Shown in pieces: positions 15,338 through 23,916 of a stretch of 45,509 bases of DNA (the first letter of the stretch is position 1; every line of letters begins with the position of its first letter). The translations under genes were made by a program, and so were the position numbers. Under the pieces are notes generated by a model. The model was given only the letters and a program-made list of their open reading frames with translations. It was not told where the DNA came from and did not search any database. The DNA lies in the IMG/VR virus record IMGVR_UViG_3300025725_000001, positions 1 to 45,509 of that record; one strand, 5' to 3'. The DNA comes from a virus (Duplodnaviria; Caudoviricetes).

Positions 15338-15526
15338 ATGAGCCGTGACTACAGCACGATCACATGGGGTCTCGCACTGATCGTTGGCGCACTGTTCCTA
15401 AACTGGCAGCAGTCCATCCCGTGGGCACTGGCAGCAGCGGGCAGCGTCGCTGTCGTGGCTGGTCTCGTTAAGGCGCTGCCTGTTTGGTTGGCACATGACA
15501 TGCCAGTTAGTAGCAGGTCACGCTGA
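15338..15526 (+). CDS. Small membrane protein
   Basis: Two hydrophobic segments. Confidence 0.5.
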   Translation: MSRDYSTITWGLALIVGALFLNWQQSIPWALAAAGSVAVVAGLVKALPVWLAHDMPVSSRSR

Positions 15527-15541
15527 CAGTGAGGTAGACGC

Positions 15542-15871
15542 ATGGCGTGGGATCAGAAGCGACGAATGCCAAGCGACTACATCGACCCACACAAGGCAGC
15601 ACGCATCCTTGCTGCGCACGCTGGCATCTGCTGGCTATGCGGACATGGTGATGCGTACCAGGTCGACCATGTAATTGCATGGGCAGAGTGGACACGTACT
15701 GATCTGTCAGTGCATGACGCATCTAACCTCGCTCCTGCTCATGGCGCACCATGCCCAACGTGTGGACTCAACTGTCATGCAGACAAGAGCAAGGCAGAGG
15801 CGGCACGTGGCAGTACACGCCATGCATCACGTGGCAAGAGACCAGTCGAGATACATCCTGGTCTGATCTAA
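15542..15871 (+). CDS. HNH endonuclease (cos-cleavage accessory type)
   Basis: CWLCG...VDHVI...NLAPAH...C...CHADKSKAEA; last gene before cos and terminase. Confidence 0.88.
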   Translation: MAWDQKRRMPSDYIDPHKAARILAAHAGICWLCGHGDAYQVDHVIAWAEWTRTDLSVHDASNLAPAHGAPCPTCGLNCHADKSKAEAARGSTRHASRGKRPVEIHPGLI

Positions 15872-16200
15872 CTCAACACATAGATGCATGTGTCATGTAT
15901 CTATTATATGTATCACGTACACATACACACATCATCATGCATTAGACGCATGTGTTATGTATCTATGCATCATGCATTAGATGTACGCATGTAATACATG
16001 CACATGCATTGTGTACATACACATACACATAGTACATACACATAGTACATACATACACATAGTACATAGTACATAGTACTACATCATGTATGTACTACAT
16101 CGTAATATACATTACATACATACATTACATACATCATGTACTAACACACACATGATCGATCAATCAACTAACGTGCAATCAATCAACACAGCATCATAGA
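15872..16200. repeat. AT-rich low-complexity tandem and inverted repeat tract
   Basis: CATACACATAGTA-type units (16016-16080), CATGTGT(C/T)ATGTATCTAT x2, CATCATGCATTAGA x2, TCAA runs; no ORF in the track. Confidence 0.9.
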
Positions 16201-16316
16201 TAGTCGTGACCACGCCGACCTTCGCCGATGCGATCCTCTCCTTGGACACCCCCACAGATGACACCCCCACGAGTCGACGTGAGTGTCACATCATCGCGTC
16301 ACATCATCGCATCGTG

Positions 16317-16335
16317 TTAGGTGAGGCTCACCTAG
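16317..16335. promoter_or_regulatory. DtxR/IdeR/DmdR-type iron box
   Basis: TTAGGTGAGGCTCACCTAG versus consensus TWAGGTWAGSCTWACCTWA: 16/19, with dyad symmetry kept. Confidence 0.6.
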
Positions 16336-16374
16336 GTAAGGGGGGCCTACCCCCTCCCCCCAAAGGGTAAGGGG

Positions 16375-16385
16375 CGACTCGGTTA
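16375..16385 (+). other. Candidate cos site (3' overhang type)
   Basis: CGACTCGGTTA resembles mycobacteriophage L5 cos GGTCGGTTA; lies between HNH and terS after G/C runs; terminase is L5-type. Confidence 0.5.
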
Positions 16386-16548
16386 GCAGACGCCAGCCTG
16401 CGTGCGCCATCTGGCTGTTTTTTAGGAGAGCATTACCTTAGTGCGTCCGTTTGATCGTGCCCTGGTGGCACGCACCGACCCTGGAGGTCACCGTCATGGC
16501 TCGTCTACAGATCGTCACCCTGCCGACCATCACGATCGAGGTCGTGCA

Positions 16549-16773
16549 ATGAGCCTCGCTCCCAATTACTCAGTCCCTGAGAACGTCTCCCCGTTCAAGC
16601 ACCTGCCCATGTTGGCGTTGTGCTCGCATTGTGGTGAGCCGTTTGATCGCATCGCCGCTCAGACAGTCGCGTGGCCGGACGGTCGCACATGCGAGGGCTT
16701 GTGTGACCGCTGCGCGGTTCGCCTCGTCCGGCATTTCAGCGTGGGCATCACCGGACGTCAGGCAGGTGTCTGA
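16549..16773 (+). CDS. Zn-ribbon hypothetical protein
   Basis: CSHC...CDRC; TGATG coupled to terS. Confidence 0.6.
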   Translation: MSLAPNYSVPENVSPFKHLPMLALCSHCGEPFDRIAAQTVAWPDGRTCEGLCDRCAVRLVRHFSVGITGRQAGV

Positions 16774-17132
16774 TGACCACCCCGAAAGCACCCGTAGGTC
16801 TCGGCAAGGCCGGCAAGGCTCAGTGGTCGACTATCGCTGGGTCGTACAAGCTGCGCCCGGATGAGTTGACGGTCCTTGAGGATGTGTGCCGGACTGCGGA
16901 CATGCTCACCTTGCTGACTGAGGCGTGGGTCGCTGCCGAGAGTCCGATGACGACCAAGGGCAGCATGGGGCAGTTGGTGATCCATCCGTTGATTGCGGAG
17001 ATGGACAAGCACCGCAAGTCTCGTGCCGCGTTCTTGAAGCAGCTGGCGTTGCCTAATGGTGACGAGGCTGTCCCTGCGATGAACCAGCATCGTTCGGCCG
17101 CGGTCAAAAAGTGGTCAGACCGGGGCGCGTGA
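16773..17132 (+). CDS. terS: Terminase small subunit
   Basis: P-GLG-AG---W...Y-LRPDE...L...C...GSMGQLVIHPLI-E...L--L-LP. Confidence 0.88.
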   Translation: MTTPKAPVGLGKAGKAQWSTIAGSYKLRPDELTVLEDVCRTADMLTLLTEAWVAAESPMTTKGSMGQLVIHPLIAEMDKHRKSRAAFLKQLALPNGDEAVPAMNQHRSAAVKKWSDRGA

Positions 17133-17410
17133 TGACCGGCATGGACGCGCTCATTGCCCGCAGCCTGACGGACGGCGCGATGTACATCGTGGCCGAGTCC
17201 GAGCGTCACCCCGGCCAGCACCCGCGCACCTACACGCCGTCGCAGTTCCTTGAGGTCGAGGGTGAGCGGTTCCACCGCGTCTACGTGACCGAGCGGGCCA
17301 CCATCTGTGAGGACTGGCCACGCATGTACCACACGCTGATGACCACTCGTGAACTGAGTGCGCCGGGTAGTGGGCGCCTCTGCTTCGTGGTCGAACGTCG
17401 TGGCGCGTAG
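17129..17410 (+). CDS. Hypothetical protein inserted between terS and terL
   Basis: GTGA overlap with terS stop; ends overlapping the terL start. Confidence 0.6.
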   Translation: MMTGMDALIARSLTDGAMYIVAESERHPGQHPRTYTPSQFLEVEGERFHRVYVTERATICEDWPRMYHTLMTTRELSAPGSGRLCFVVERRGA

Positions 17411-19247
17411 CCTCGCTGCCTCCCAGACCCGCACCGATGAGTCCGAGATCCGCAAGATCATCGGCTGGTACGAGGACCAACTAGAGCGTGCGGCACCGCC
17501 TACTGGCCTTGAGTGGGAGCCGGTCAAGATCGGCCCGACGTGGCGCTATGAAAACGGTTGGATTCTGCCCGCGGTGACGTTGGGGTGGCGCAACCTCGCC
17601 TGGACTGGGATGCGTCTGACAGCGCCCAAAGGTGGCCCGTGGACGTACACGCTGGAGCAGGCGCGGTTCGTCCTCTGGCAGGACGCTCTTGATCCTGAGA
17701 CCGGCGAGTTTCTGTATCCCACAGCTGTCCTGCAGCGGCTCAAAGGTTGGGGCAAGGACCCGCTCGCAGTGGCGTTGTCCACGACGGACATCTGCTCAGA
17801 GGATGCCGTGTTCGATCACTGGCGCGGCGATGTTCCGGTTGGGAAGCAGACCCCGCAGGCTTACGTGCAGATCGTCGGTGTGGCACAGGACCAGATCAAG
17901 CGAAACACCATGCCGCTGTTCAACGTCCTCATCCCGAAAGAGACGAAGACGAAGTATGGGATCCAGGTCGGCAAACTCGACGTGTGGGCTCGCGGCGACA
18001 CGGCTCACATTGAGGCGTCGACGTCGTCTGCTCTGTCGATCGAGGGGCCGCGCCCGACGCGGGTCATCCGCAATGAGACGCAGAACTGGATCGAAGCCAA
18101 CGACGGGCACACCCTTGCAGGAACGATCGAGGGCAACCTTGCGAAGGACTCGACGGGTGCGGCTCGGTTGCTCGACATCTGCAACGCGTACCGCGACGGT
18201 GAGGACTCGGTTGGGCAGCGTGCCCGTGAGGCGTACAACGCGACAGTGGGCACGCGATGCAAGGCTCACGCGGGTCTTGCGGACTGGCCGGCGTGTCTGG
18301 ACTGTCAGCCGCCCAAGTCTGCCGAGTTCGGGATGCTTTACGACTCATTGGAGGCTCCTCCCGAGGCTCCACTAACCATCGAAGCCGCGCCGTCAGTGGT
18401 TGAGGCGATTCGCGGTGACTCGGTGTGGCTGAACGTTCGGCGCATCTTGAACTCGATCAAGAACCCCACGAACTCGGCTAATGAAAGCCGGCGCAAGTGG
18501 TACAACCAGATCAACGCCGCTGAAGACGCGTGGTGTGACCCGAAGGACGTTGCGGCAGGCAAGCGCGACTATGGACTCGATGACGGCGACGCGGTTGTCC
18601 TGTTCGGGGATGGGTCGAAGTCGGATGATGCGACCGGCCTTTTGGCCGTGCGGATCTCGGACGGTCACGCTCAGGTGCTGCACGTGCAGCAGCCGAAGAA
18701 GGGTCAGATCGTCAACCGGGACGCCTATGACCTCGCAGTCATCGCGGCGGACGAGAAGTTCAAGGTGATGGCGTTCTGGTTCGACCCGTCGCACCTGAAG
18801 GACGACGATGCCGACGAAGACAACCGGTTCTGGTGGCCGCTCGTAGATAAGTGGTCCAAGCGGTACGGCAAGCGGCTGAAGTGCTGGCCGGTGAAGTCCG
18901 GTAACCGGATGCACGCGGTGGCGTTCGATATGGCCCTTGAGGTCAACCAGAAGACGTTTGTCGAGGGCGTCGAGCAGTGCCTGACCGAGTTGAACGACGC
19001 GCACAAAGACCCGACGAACGCGATCGTGACATTCATGGCGTCGTCGTGGCTTGAGGATCACCTGACGAACGCGAAGGCGGCGCCGGGCAAGCACGGGATT
19101 TCAGTCCGCAAGGACAACCGCGAGTCGAAGCACAAAATCGATTTGGCCGTCTGTCTCATCGGCGGCCGGATGCTGCGCCGTATCTACCTGCTGCAAACCA
19201 AGAAGGGCACGCCCGGCAAGGGTCGGGTGATCCTCTTGGGCGACTAA
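17400..19247 (+). CDS. terL: Terminase large subunit (L5 gp13-like)
   Basis: Walker A RLKGWGKDP, Walker B-like NETQNW, nuclease FGDGSKSDDAT and KIDLAV; start GTG 17400 (MARSL...). Confidence 0.95.
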   Translation: MARSLAASQTRTDESEIRKIIGWYEDQLERAAPPTGLEWEPVKIGPTWRYENGWILPAVTLGWRNLAWTGMRLTAPKGGPWTYTLEQARFVLWQDALDPETGEFLYPTAVLQRLKGWGKDPLAVALSTTDICSEDAVFDHWRGDVPVGKQTPQAYVQIVGVAQDQIKRNTMPLFNVLIPKETKTKYGIQVGKLDVWARGDTAHIEASTSSALSIEGPRPTRVIRNETQNWIEANDGHTLAGTIEGNLAKDSTGAARLLDICNAYRDGEDSVGQRAREAYNATVGTRCKAHAGLADWPACLDCQPPKSAEFGMLYDSLEAPPEAPLTIEAAPSVVEAIRGDSVWLNVRRILNSIKNPTNSANESRRKWYNQINAAEDAWCDPKDVAAGKRDYGLDDGDAVVLFGDGSKSDDATGLLAVRISDGHAQVLHVQQPKKGQIVNRDAYDLAVIAADEKFKVMAFWFDPSHLKDDDADEDNRFWWPLVDKWSKRYGKRLKCWPVKSGNRMHAVAFDMALEVNQKTFVEGVEQCLTELNDAHKDPTNAIVTFMASSWLEDHLTNAKAAPGKHGISVRKDNRESKHKIDLAVCLIGGRMLRRIYLLQTKKGTPGKGRVILLGD

Positions 19248-19262
19248 CGGAAGGGGTGTGGG

Positions 19263-20822
19263 ATGGCCGGTTTCATCGATTGGGTTGCACCGATGTTCTA
19301 CCCGACCAGCATTCCAACCCTGCCGCTGCTGACCCTGTCTGAGGACGAGCGTCGGTTGATTGCGCTGCTGCAGTATCGGCAGCAGCATGACCGCAGCAAC
19401 ATGGAACTGTGCAAGTCGTACTTCAAGGGCGCGCAGGCCATCGACAATCTCAAGATGGCCGTGCCTGATGAGATCGCCGCGGTTCTCCGTACCCTCGTGG
19501 GCTGGCCTCGTCTCGCGGTGAACCCGTATGTGGAGCGTCTTGCCTTTGACGGGTTCCGCCTCCCTGGCGAGACTGACATCAACCAGGACCTTCAGGACGT
19601 CTGTACCGACAACGGTTTGGCCGCCGAGCAGAATTTGGCGTACAAGGATGCCTTGACGATGGGCCGAGGCTACTGGGTTGGTGGCTCACCTGATGAGTCT
19701 GGGTACTCACCCAAGATCACTGTCGAGTCGCCGTTGAATATGGGCGTCCTGTGGGACCTGAATGGCATCAGCGCGAAGTCCGCCATCCAGTCGTACATGG
19801 TCGACAACCAGTGCCATTCGGTGGTCTTGATGCGGGGACTCACGCTTGAGGTCGCGCAGGACGAGAACCTGATATGGCAGTTGGTGAATCGTGATGCCCA
19901 CGGTTTCGACTTTGTGCCGGTCGTGCGTATGGCGAATGATCCTGAGACGGAAAACCGTGACGGGAACTCTGCGATCACTCCCGAGTTGATGTCCATCGTC
20001 GATGGCGCCTGCCGTACTCTGCTCGGCCTTGAGGTTGCGCGAGAGCTCTACTCGGCCCCGCGTGTTGCGATCATTGGCGCAGCGTTGGAGAGCTTCCAGA
20101 ACGCGGACGGCACGAAGCGTTCTCAGTGGGACACGTACATCCACAAACTGCTCGGCCTTGAACGCGACGAGGACGGCAACCTGCCGACGATCCAGCAGCT
20201 TTCGTCGTATGACCCTGCCACGTTTACGAAATTGATCGAGATGTACGCCTCTCAGGCAGCGGGCATCATGGCCGCGCAGCCTCAGGAGTTGGGTCTCTAC
20301 ACGCAGGGCAACCCGGTCTCGGCTGACGCATACGACGGCTTGGACTTGACGCGGAACCGGCGCGCCGAACTGATGCAGGACTACTTCGCCACCCCGTTGG
20401 TTCGTGTGATGCAGATGGCCATGCGCTTCCAGAACAACGGCGTCTTGCCTGAGCAGTTCCGCCGTATCGAGGTTGACTGGCGCTCGGTCCGCCACCTTTC
20501 TCTGGCCCAGGCCGCTGACCCGCTTAGCAAACTCATCGCCTCCAACTCCATTCCTCCTCGCTCTGATGTGACGCTCAAGGCTGCCGGCTTCACAGCCGTG
20601 CAACGCCAGCAGATGCAGCAGGACTGGAACGAGGCAGACGCGCAGGCGGCCCTGAAGCAGATCGCAGACAGCCTGGCGGCCAACGCAGCCCGCACGCCGA
20701 ACGGAGCACCCGATGGCAACAACCCAGGCGCCACCCCGGCCAGCGGAAGCGCACCAAGTGGGACAGTCGGCACTGGTGGCGCTAATTCCAGCGCTGCTGC
20801 GTCAGGCGTGGCCGCTGCTTGA
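19263..20822 (+). CDS. Portal protein (SPP1 gp6-like)
   Basis: GWPRLAV...ERL--DGFR, DAL--GRGY, PVV---N...G-S-IT, E-YS-P; follows terL. Confidence 0.92.
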   Translation: MAGFIDWVAPMFYPTSIPTLPLLTLSEDERRLIALLQYRQQHDRSNMELCKSYFKGAQAIDNLKMAVPDEIAAVLRTLVGWPRLAVNPYVERLAFDGFRLPGETDINQDLQDVCTDNGLAAEQNLAYKDALTMGRGYWVGGSPDESGYSPKITVESPLNMGVLWDLNGISAKSAIQSYMVDNQCHSVVLMRGLTLEVAQDENLIWQLVNRDAHGFDFVPVVRMANDPETENRDGNSAITPELMSIVDGACRTLLGLEVARELYSAPRVAIIGAALESFQNADGTKRSQWDTYIHKLLGLERDEDGNLPTIQQLSSYDPATFTKLIEMYASQAAGIMAAQPQELGLYTQGNPVSADAYDGLDLTRNRRAELMQDYFATPLVRVMQMAMRFQNNGVLPEQFRRIEVDWRSVRHLSLAQAADPLSKLIASNSIPPRSDVTLKAAGFTAVQRQQMQQDWNEADAQAALKQIADSLAANAARTPNGAPDGNNPGATPASGSAPSGTVGTGGANSSAAASGVAAA

Positions 20823-21639
20823 CCTGCATGACCTCAAGGGCACGATGCCGGCGTTCACGGCCGCGGTTCGGGCCATCGTGCAGCGGTACGGGCAGGCATC
20901 GGCAGCCGGTGCGCTGTCCTACTACAAGACCGAGCGCGCAGCGGCCAAGGTGCCCGGTCGTCCGTCGCTGAAACTGGCTCCGTCGCCTGCGGATTCGGTG
21001 ATCGAGTCGGCGGTCTCATGGGCGACGACGGACCTGTATGGCCCGGTCACCACAGAGACCACCGATGCGGCGATGAAACAACTCGACGAGTCGGTGTCGC
21101 AACTGGTCCTAGACCAGGGCCGTGACACGATCATCGGCGCAGTCCAGCAGGACAAGTACGCACGCGCGTGGGTGCGGGTCACCTCTCCCGGCGCGTGTTC
21201 GTTCTGTCAGATGCTGGCGTTGCGTGGCGCGGTCTACAGGGACGCGCGCGCAGCGGGCAAGGGCTCGAAGGGCAAGAGCGGCACGGCGTTCGCGGGTGGT
21301 GGGCTCGACTTCAAGGTCCACGACAACTGCCGGTGCCATGCCGAGCCCGTCTTCACCGCCTACGAGCCGAGCGCGCACATGCGCGAGATGCAGGCGCTCT
21401 GGAAAGACTCGACCAAGGGCCGCAGCGGCAACGACGCTCGCAACGCTTTCCGGCAGGCCGTAGAGGGTCGCCCTGTGACGGGCACGACCGGCGCCAAGGC
21501 AGCCAAGCATGTGGTCGGCGGCACGAGCATGGACCGCCCGCAGATCGAGTTCTTGCTCAAGCAAGCACGCGGGCTGAAAGACAGTCCGTGGCGCACAAGC
21601 CAGATTGCACGGCTGAGCAAACTGCTCGCCGGCAAGTGA
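20713..21639 (+). CDS. MuF-like minor head / capsid maturation protein
   Basis: WVRV...ACSFCQMLALRGAVY...HDNCRC; GGAG RBS; 110-nt overlap with the portal tail. Confidence 0.85.
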   Translation: MATTQAPPRPAEAHQVGQSALVALIPALLRQAWPLLDLHDLKGTMPAFTAAVRAIVQRYGQASAAGALSYYKTERAAAKVPGRPSLKLAPSPADSVIESAVSWATTDLYGPVTTETTDAAMKQLDESVSQLVLDQGRDTIIGAVQQDKYARAWVRVTSPGACSFCQMLALRGAVYRDARAAGKGSKGKSGTAFAGGGLDFKVHDNCRCHAEPVFTAYEPSAHMREMQALWKDSTKGRSGNDARNAFRQAVEGRPVTGTTGAKAAKHVVGGTSMDRPQIEFLLKQARGLKDSPWRTSQIARLSKLLAGK

Positions 21640-21699
21640 AAGCCTCCCGGCTGGTCCGGGGATGTTCCACCCAATCAATCGTCCCTGGAGGACACAGTC

Positions 21700-22317
21700 A
21701 TGGCCGAAGTAGAGACCGAAGGAACCGCGGCGGATGCCGCTAACGCTGGTGAGTCCGAGACTGAAGCGGTAGAGCCCGCCGATCTTGAGGGATACCAGCA
21801 GCTCGTCGAGAAACTCCGTGGCGATGTCAAGACACTGAAATCGTCGGATCGCAAGCCTCAGGACGAGCGAGACAAGAGCATGATCGCGAAGCTCAAGGGT
21901 CAGATCAAGGATTATGAGCCGAAGGTCGCCGAGTATGACCGCCTCACGGAGGCATCCAAGACTGCGGAGGAACGCGCCCAAGGGCTCGCCACTGCCGCCG
22001 AGGAACGGGCAAGCAAACTGCTCACCCGTGCCGTCACCGCTGAGGTCAAGGTGCTGGCAGCGCAGGGTTTCGCTGACCCTGAAGACGCCGCCGCATTCCT
22101 TGACTTGTCCAAGTACGCCACCTCTGACGGTGACGTGGACACGGAGGCCGTGAGGACCGACCTTGCCGACCTGCTGGCCCGCAAGCCTCACCTCGGTAAG
22201 TCCCCCGGCTCACGTCTGCCCGCACCGAACCCCGCGCAGGGGTCGAGCGGCAACGGCCCTGCCGGGCTCACGCCCGACGACGAGTACGAACTTTTCTATC
22301 CCACCCCAAGAAAGTGA
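21700..22317 (+). CDS. Capsid scaffolding protein
   Basis: Acidic coiled coil, FADPEDA...L-DLL--KPHL...P-P-QG. Confidence 0.85.
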   Translation: MAEVETEGTAADAANAGESETEAVEPADLEGYQQLVEKLRGDVKTLKSSDRKPQDERDKSMIAKLKGQIKDYEPKVAEYDRLTEASKTAEERAQGLATAAEERASKLLTRAVTAEVKVLAAQGFADPEDAAAFLDLSKYATSDGDVDTEAVRTDLADLLARKPHLGKSPGSRLPAPNPAQGSSGNGPAGLTPDDEYELFYPTPRK

Positions 22318-22327
22318 GGGCCATCTA

Positions 22328-22690
22328 ATGGCCGAGTACCTCCCCCTCTACAAGCCAGGTCAGGCGCTGACCCTGAAGGCATCCGCCGTGACCGTTGCAG
22401 GACAGGTTGTCATGGTGACCGGCGTCAACACGGTCGGCCCATGTGCCGCCGCATCTGTCAAGGTCGTCGGTGTTGCCGGGTTCGACGCGGCAATCAACGA
22501 CTACGTGACGGTCTATGCCGGCGGTGTGCAGGTCTGCACCGCGTCGGGTGGGATCACCGCAGGTGATCCGGTCGTCGCCGGTGCCGCCGGGACCGTCGTG
22601 TCCTCCGCAGTCCCGCCCCTTGGGCAGCGGGTCGGTGTTGCGCTGAACACTGCGGTCGATACCGCCAAGGTTCGCGTCCTGTTCACCTGA
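22328..22690 (+). CDS. Capsid decoration/cement protein (DUF2190-like)
   Basis: MAEYLPLYKPGQ-LT--AS...VGVAGFDAA...ASGGITAGD-V...VGVAL. Confidence 0.8.
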   Translation: MAEYLPLYKPGQALTLKASAVTVAGQVVMVTGVNTVGPCAAASVKVVGVAGFDAAINDYVTVYAGGVQVCTASGGITAGDPVVAGAAGTVVSSAVPPLGQRVGVALNTAVDTAKVRVLFT

Positions 22691-22762
22691 CGTTGGTCAG
22701 AACAGATTTCCCCCCAGTTCGTTCAGGAGATGGCGTGTTCGCCTCTCCGTTGATAGTCAGAG

Positions 22763-23701
22763 GTGATTCACATCAGTACTTACCCACCCGCACCGGCGAC
22801 GTATTCGGATCCGAACGTCACCGCATCCCGGTTCCTCAAGGCCCCCGAGTTTGTCGCTCGCCGGCTCCAGACCCTCGGTGATCTCCGCTACGTCGGCCCG
22901 TTGCTGCTGACCGGCCGCATGGAGACCACTGGCGGCGCCATCGGCTACGAGCAGGTTGAGGGCATCTTCGCTGATGCCGCGTCCGAGGTTGTCTCTCCTG
23001 GTGCCGAGTACACCATCACCACGGTTGGGGACGGCGCTGCCGGTCTCGCCAAGGTGACCAAATGGGGCAAGGACACCCTCATCACCGATGAGTCGATCAA
23101 GCGCCGCAACATGGACCCGGTCAACAAGGGCATGTTGAAGCTGGTCAACTCAGCTGCTGTTGCCATCGACGCGTCCGTGATCTCGGTGGTTGCTTCGGCG
23201 ATCACCGCGACCCGCGCCGCGGTGGAGAAGTGGGACGGGTCGGGCAATACCCCGGTCATCCTGCAGGACATCCTGCGCGCCAAGGCCGACATCCGCAGTC
23301 TGAACCTCGGTTATGAGCCGAACGCTCTGCTCGTGGACGACTCGACCTGGGCGTACCTCGCTTCGGACGCGGTCATCTCGGCCGCGATGCAACGGGAGTC
23401 GACGCTGAACCCGATCTACACGGGTCGGTTCTCCGTCCTCGCGGGCCTGCTCGTCATCCCCGCACCGGCGGCGAACCTGCCTGCTGGTGTTGGCACGAAC
23501 GCTTGGGTCCTCGACTCCAGCCAACTGGGTTTCATCGCCACTGAGAACCTCGGTGGTGGTTACCAGTCCGCTGGCGAACTGGTCGAGTCCAAGGTCATGC
23601 GCGTGGACGAGAACGACGCATGGCGTCTGCGCGCCCGCGCGAACTTCGTCCCCGTGGTCACTGACGCCGGCGCCGGGTTCAAGATCTCGGGCGTCGCCTA
23701 A
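22763..23701 (+). CDS. Major capsid protein (HK97 fold)
   Basis: Position and size; V-PGAEY...K-G----ITDE-I-R pattern; start uncertain (GTG 22763 or ATC 22772). Confidence 0.9.
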   Translation: MIHISTYPPAPATYSDPNVTASRFLKAPEFVARRLQTLGDLRYVGPLLLTGRMETTGGAIGYEQVEGIFADAASEVVSPGAEYTITTVGDGAAGLAKVTKWGKDTLITDESIKRRNMDPVNKGMLKLVNSAAVAIDASVISVVASAITATRAAVEKWDGSGNTPVILQDILRAKADIRSLNLGYEPNALLVDDSTWAYLASDAVISAAMQRESTLNPIYTGRFSVLAGLLVIPAPAANLPAGVGTNAWVLDSSQLGFIATENLGGGYQSAGELVESKVMRVDENDAWRLRARANFVPVVTDAGAGFKISGVA

Positions 23702-23883
23702 TGGCTGCAGTAAAGCCCGCCGGCGGCACCAAGGTGTTTCGGGTGACTGCGATGTTGGTGACCGTCAAGGACTCCAACGGCACACCGCGCTACCTCGGCC
23801 GGGGCGATCTGATCCCCGACGGCACAAAGCAGGAGTCGATCGACCACCTGGTCGACCTCGGCTACGCGGCCGAAGAGAAGTAA
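23701..23883 (+). CDS. Small head-associated protein
   Basis: TAATG coupling; YL-RGD--P...I-HL---G. Confidence 0.75.
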   Translation: MAAVKPAGGTKVFRVTAMLVTVKDSNGTPRYLGRGDLIPDGTKQESIDHLVDLGYAAEEK

Positions 23884-23916
23884 CCCAGTGGTACACGCCG
23901 AGAGGAGAAGTCGGAC

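Noticed and set aside
15872-16200. CRISPR array
   Set aside because: No constant repeat with unique spacers and no cas genes; units are short, nested and degenerate
20713-20822. 110-nt portal/MuF overlap as a frameshift or novel dual-coding element
   Set aside because: The portal tail here is low-complexity and the MuF-like gene has its own RBS and ATG; such overlaps are common at this junction
21400-21639. Toxin domain on the MuF-like protein
   Set aside because: The C-terminal extension is short, with no recognisable catalytic motif and no adjacent immunity gene
23875-23890. 16-nt exact match GAGAAGTAACCCAGTG with 45267-45282
   Set aside because: A single 16-mer match in 45 kb is roughly at chance level, and the contexts are unrelated
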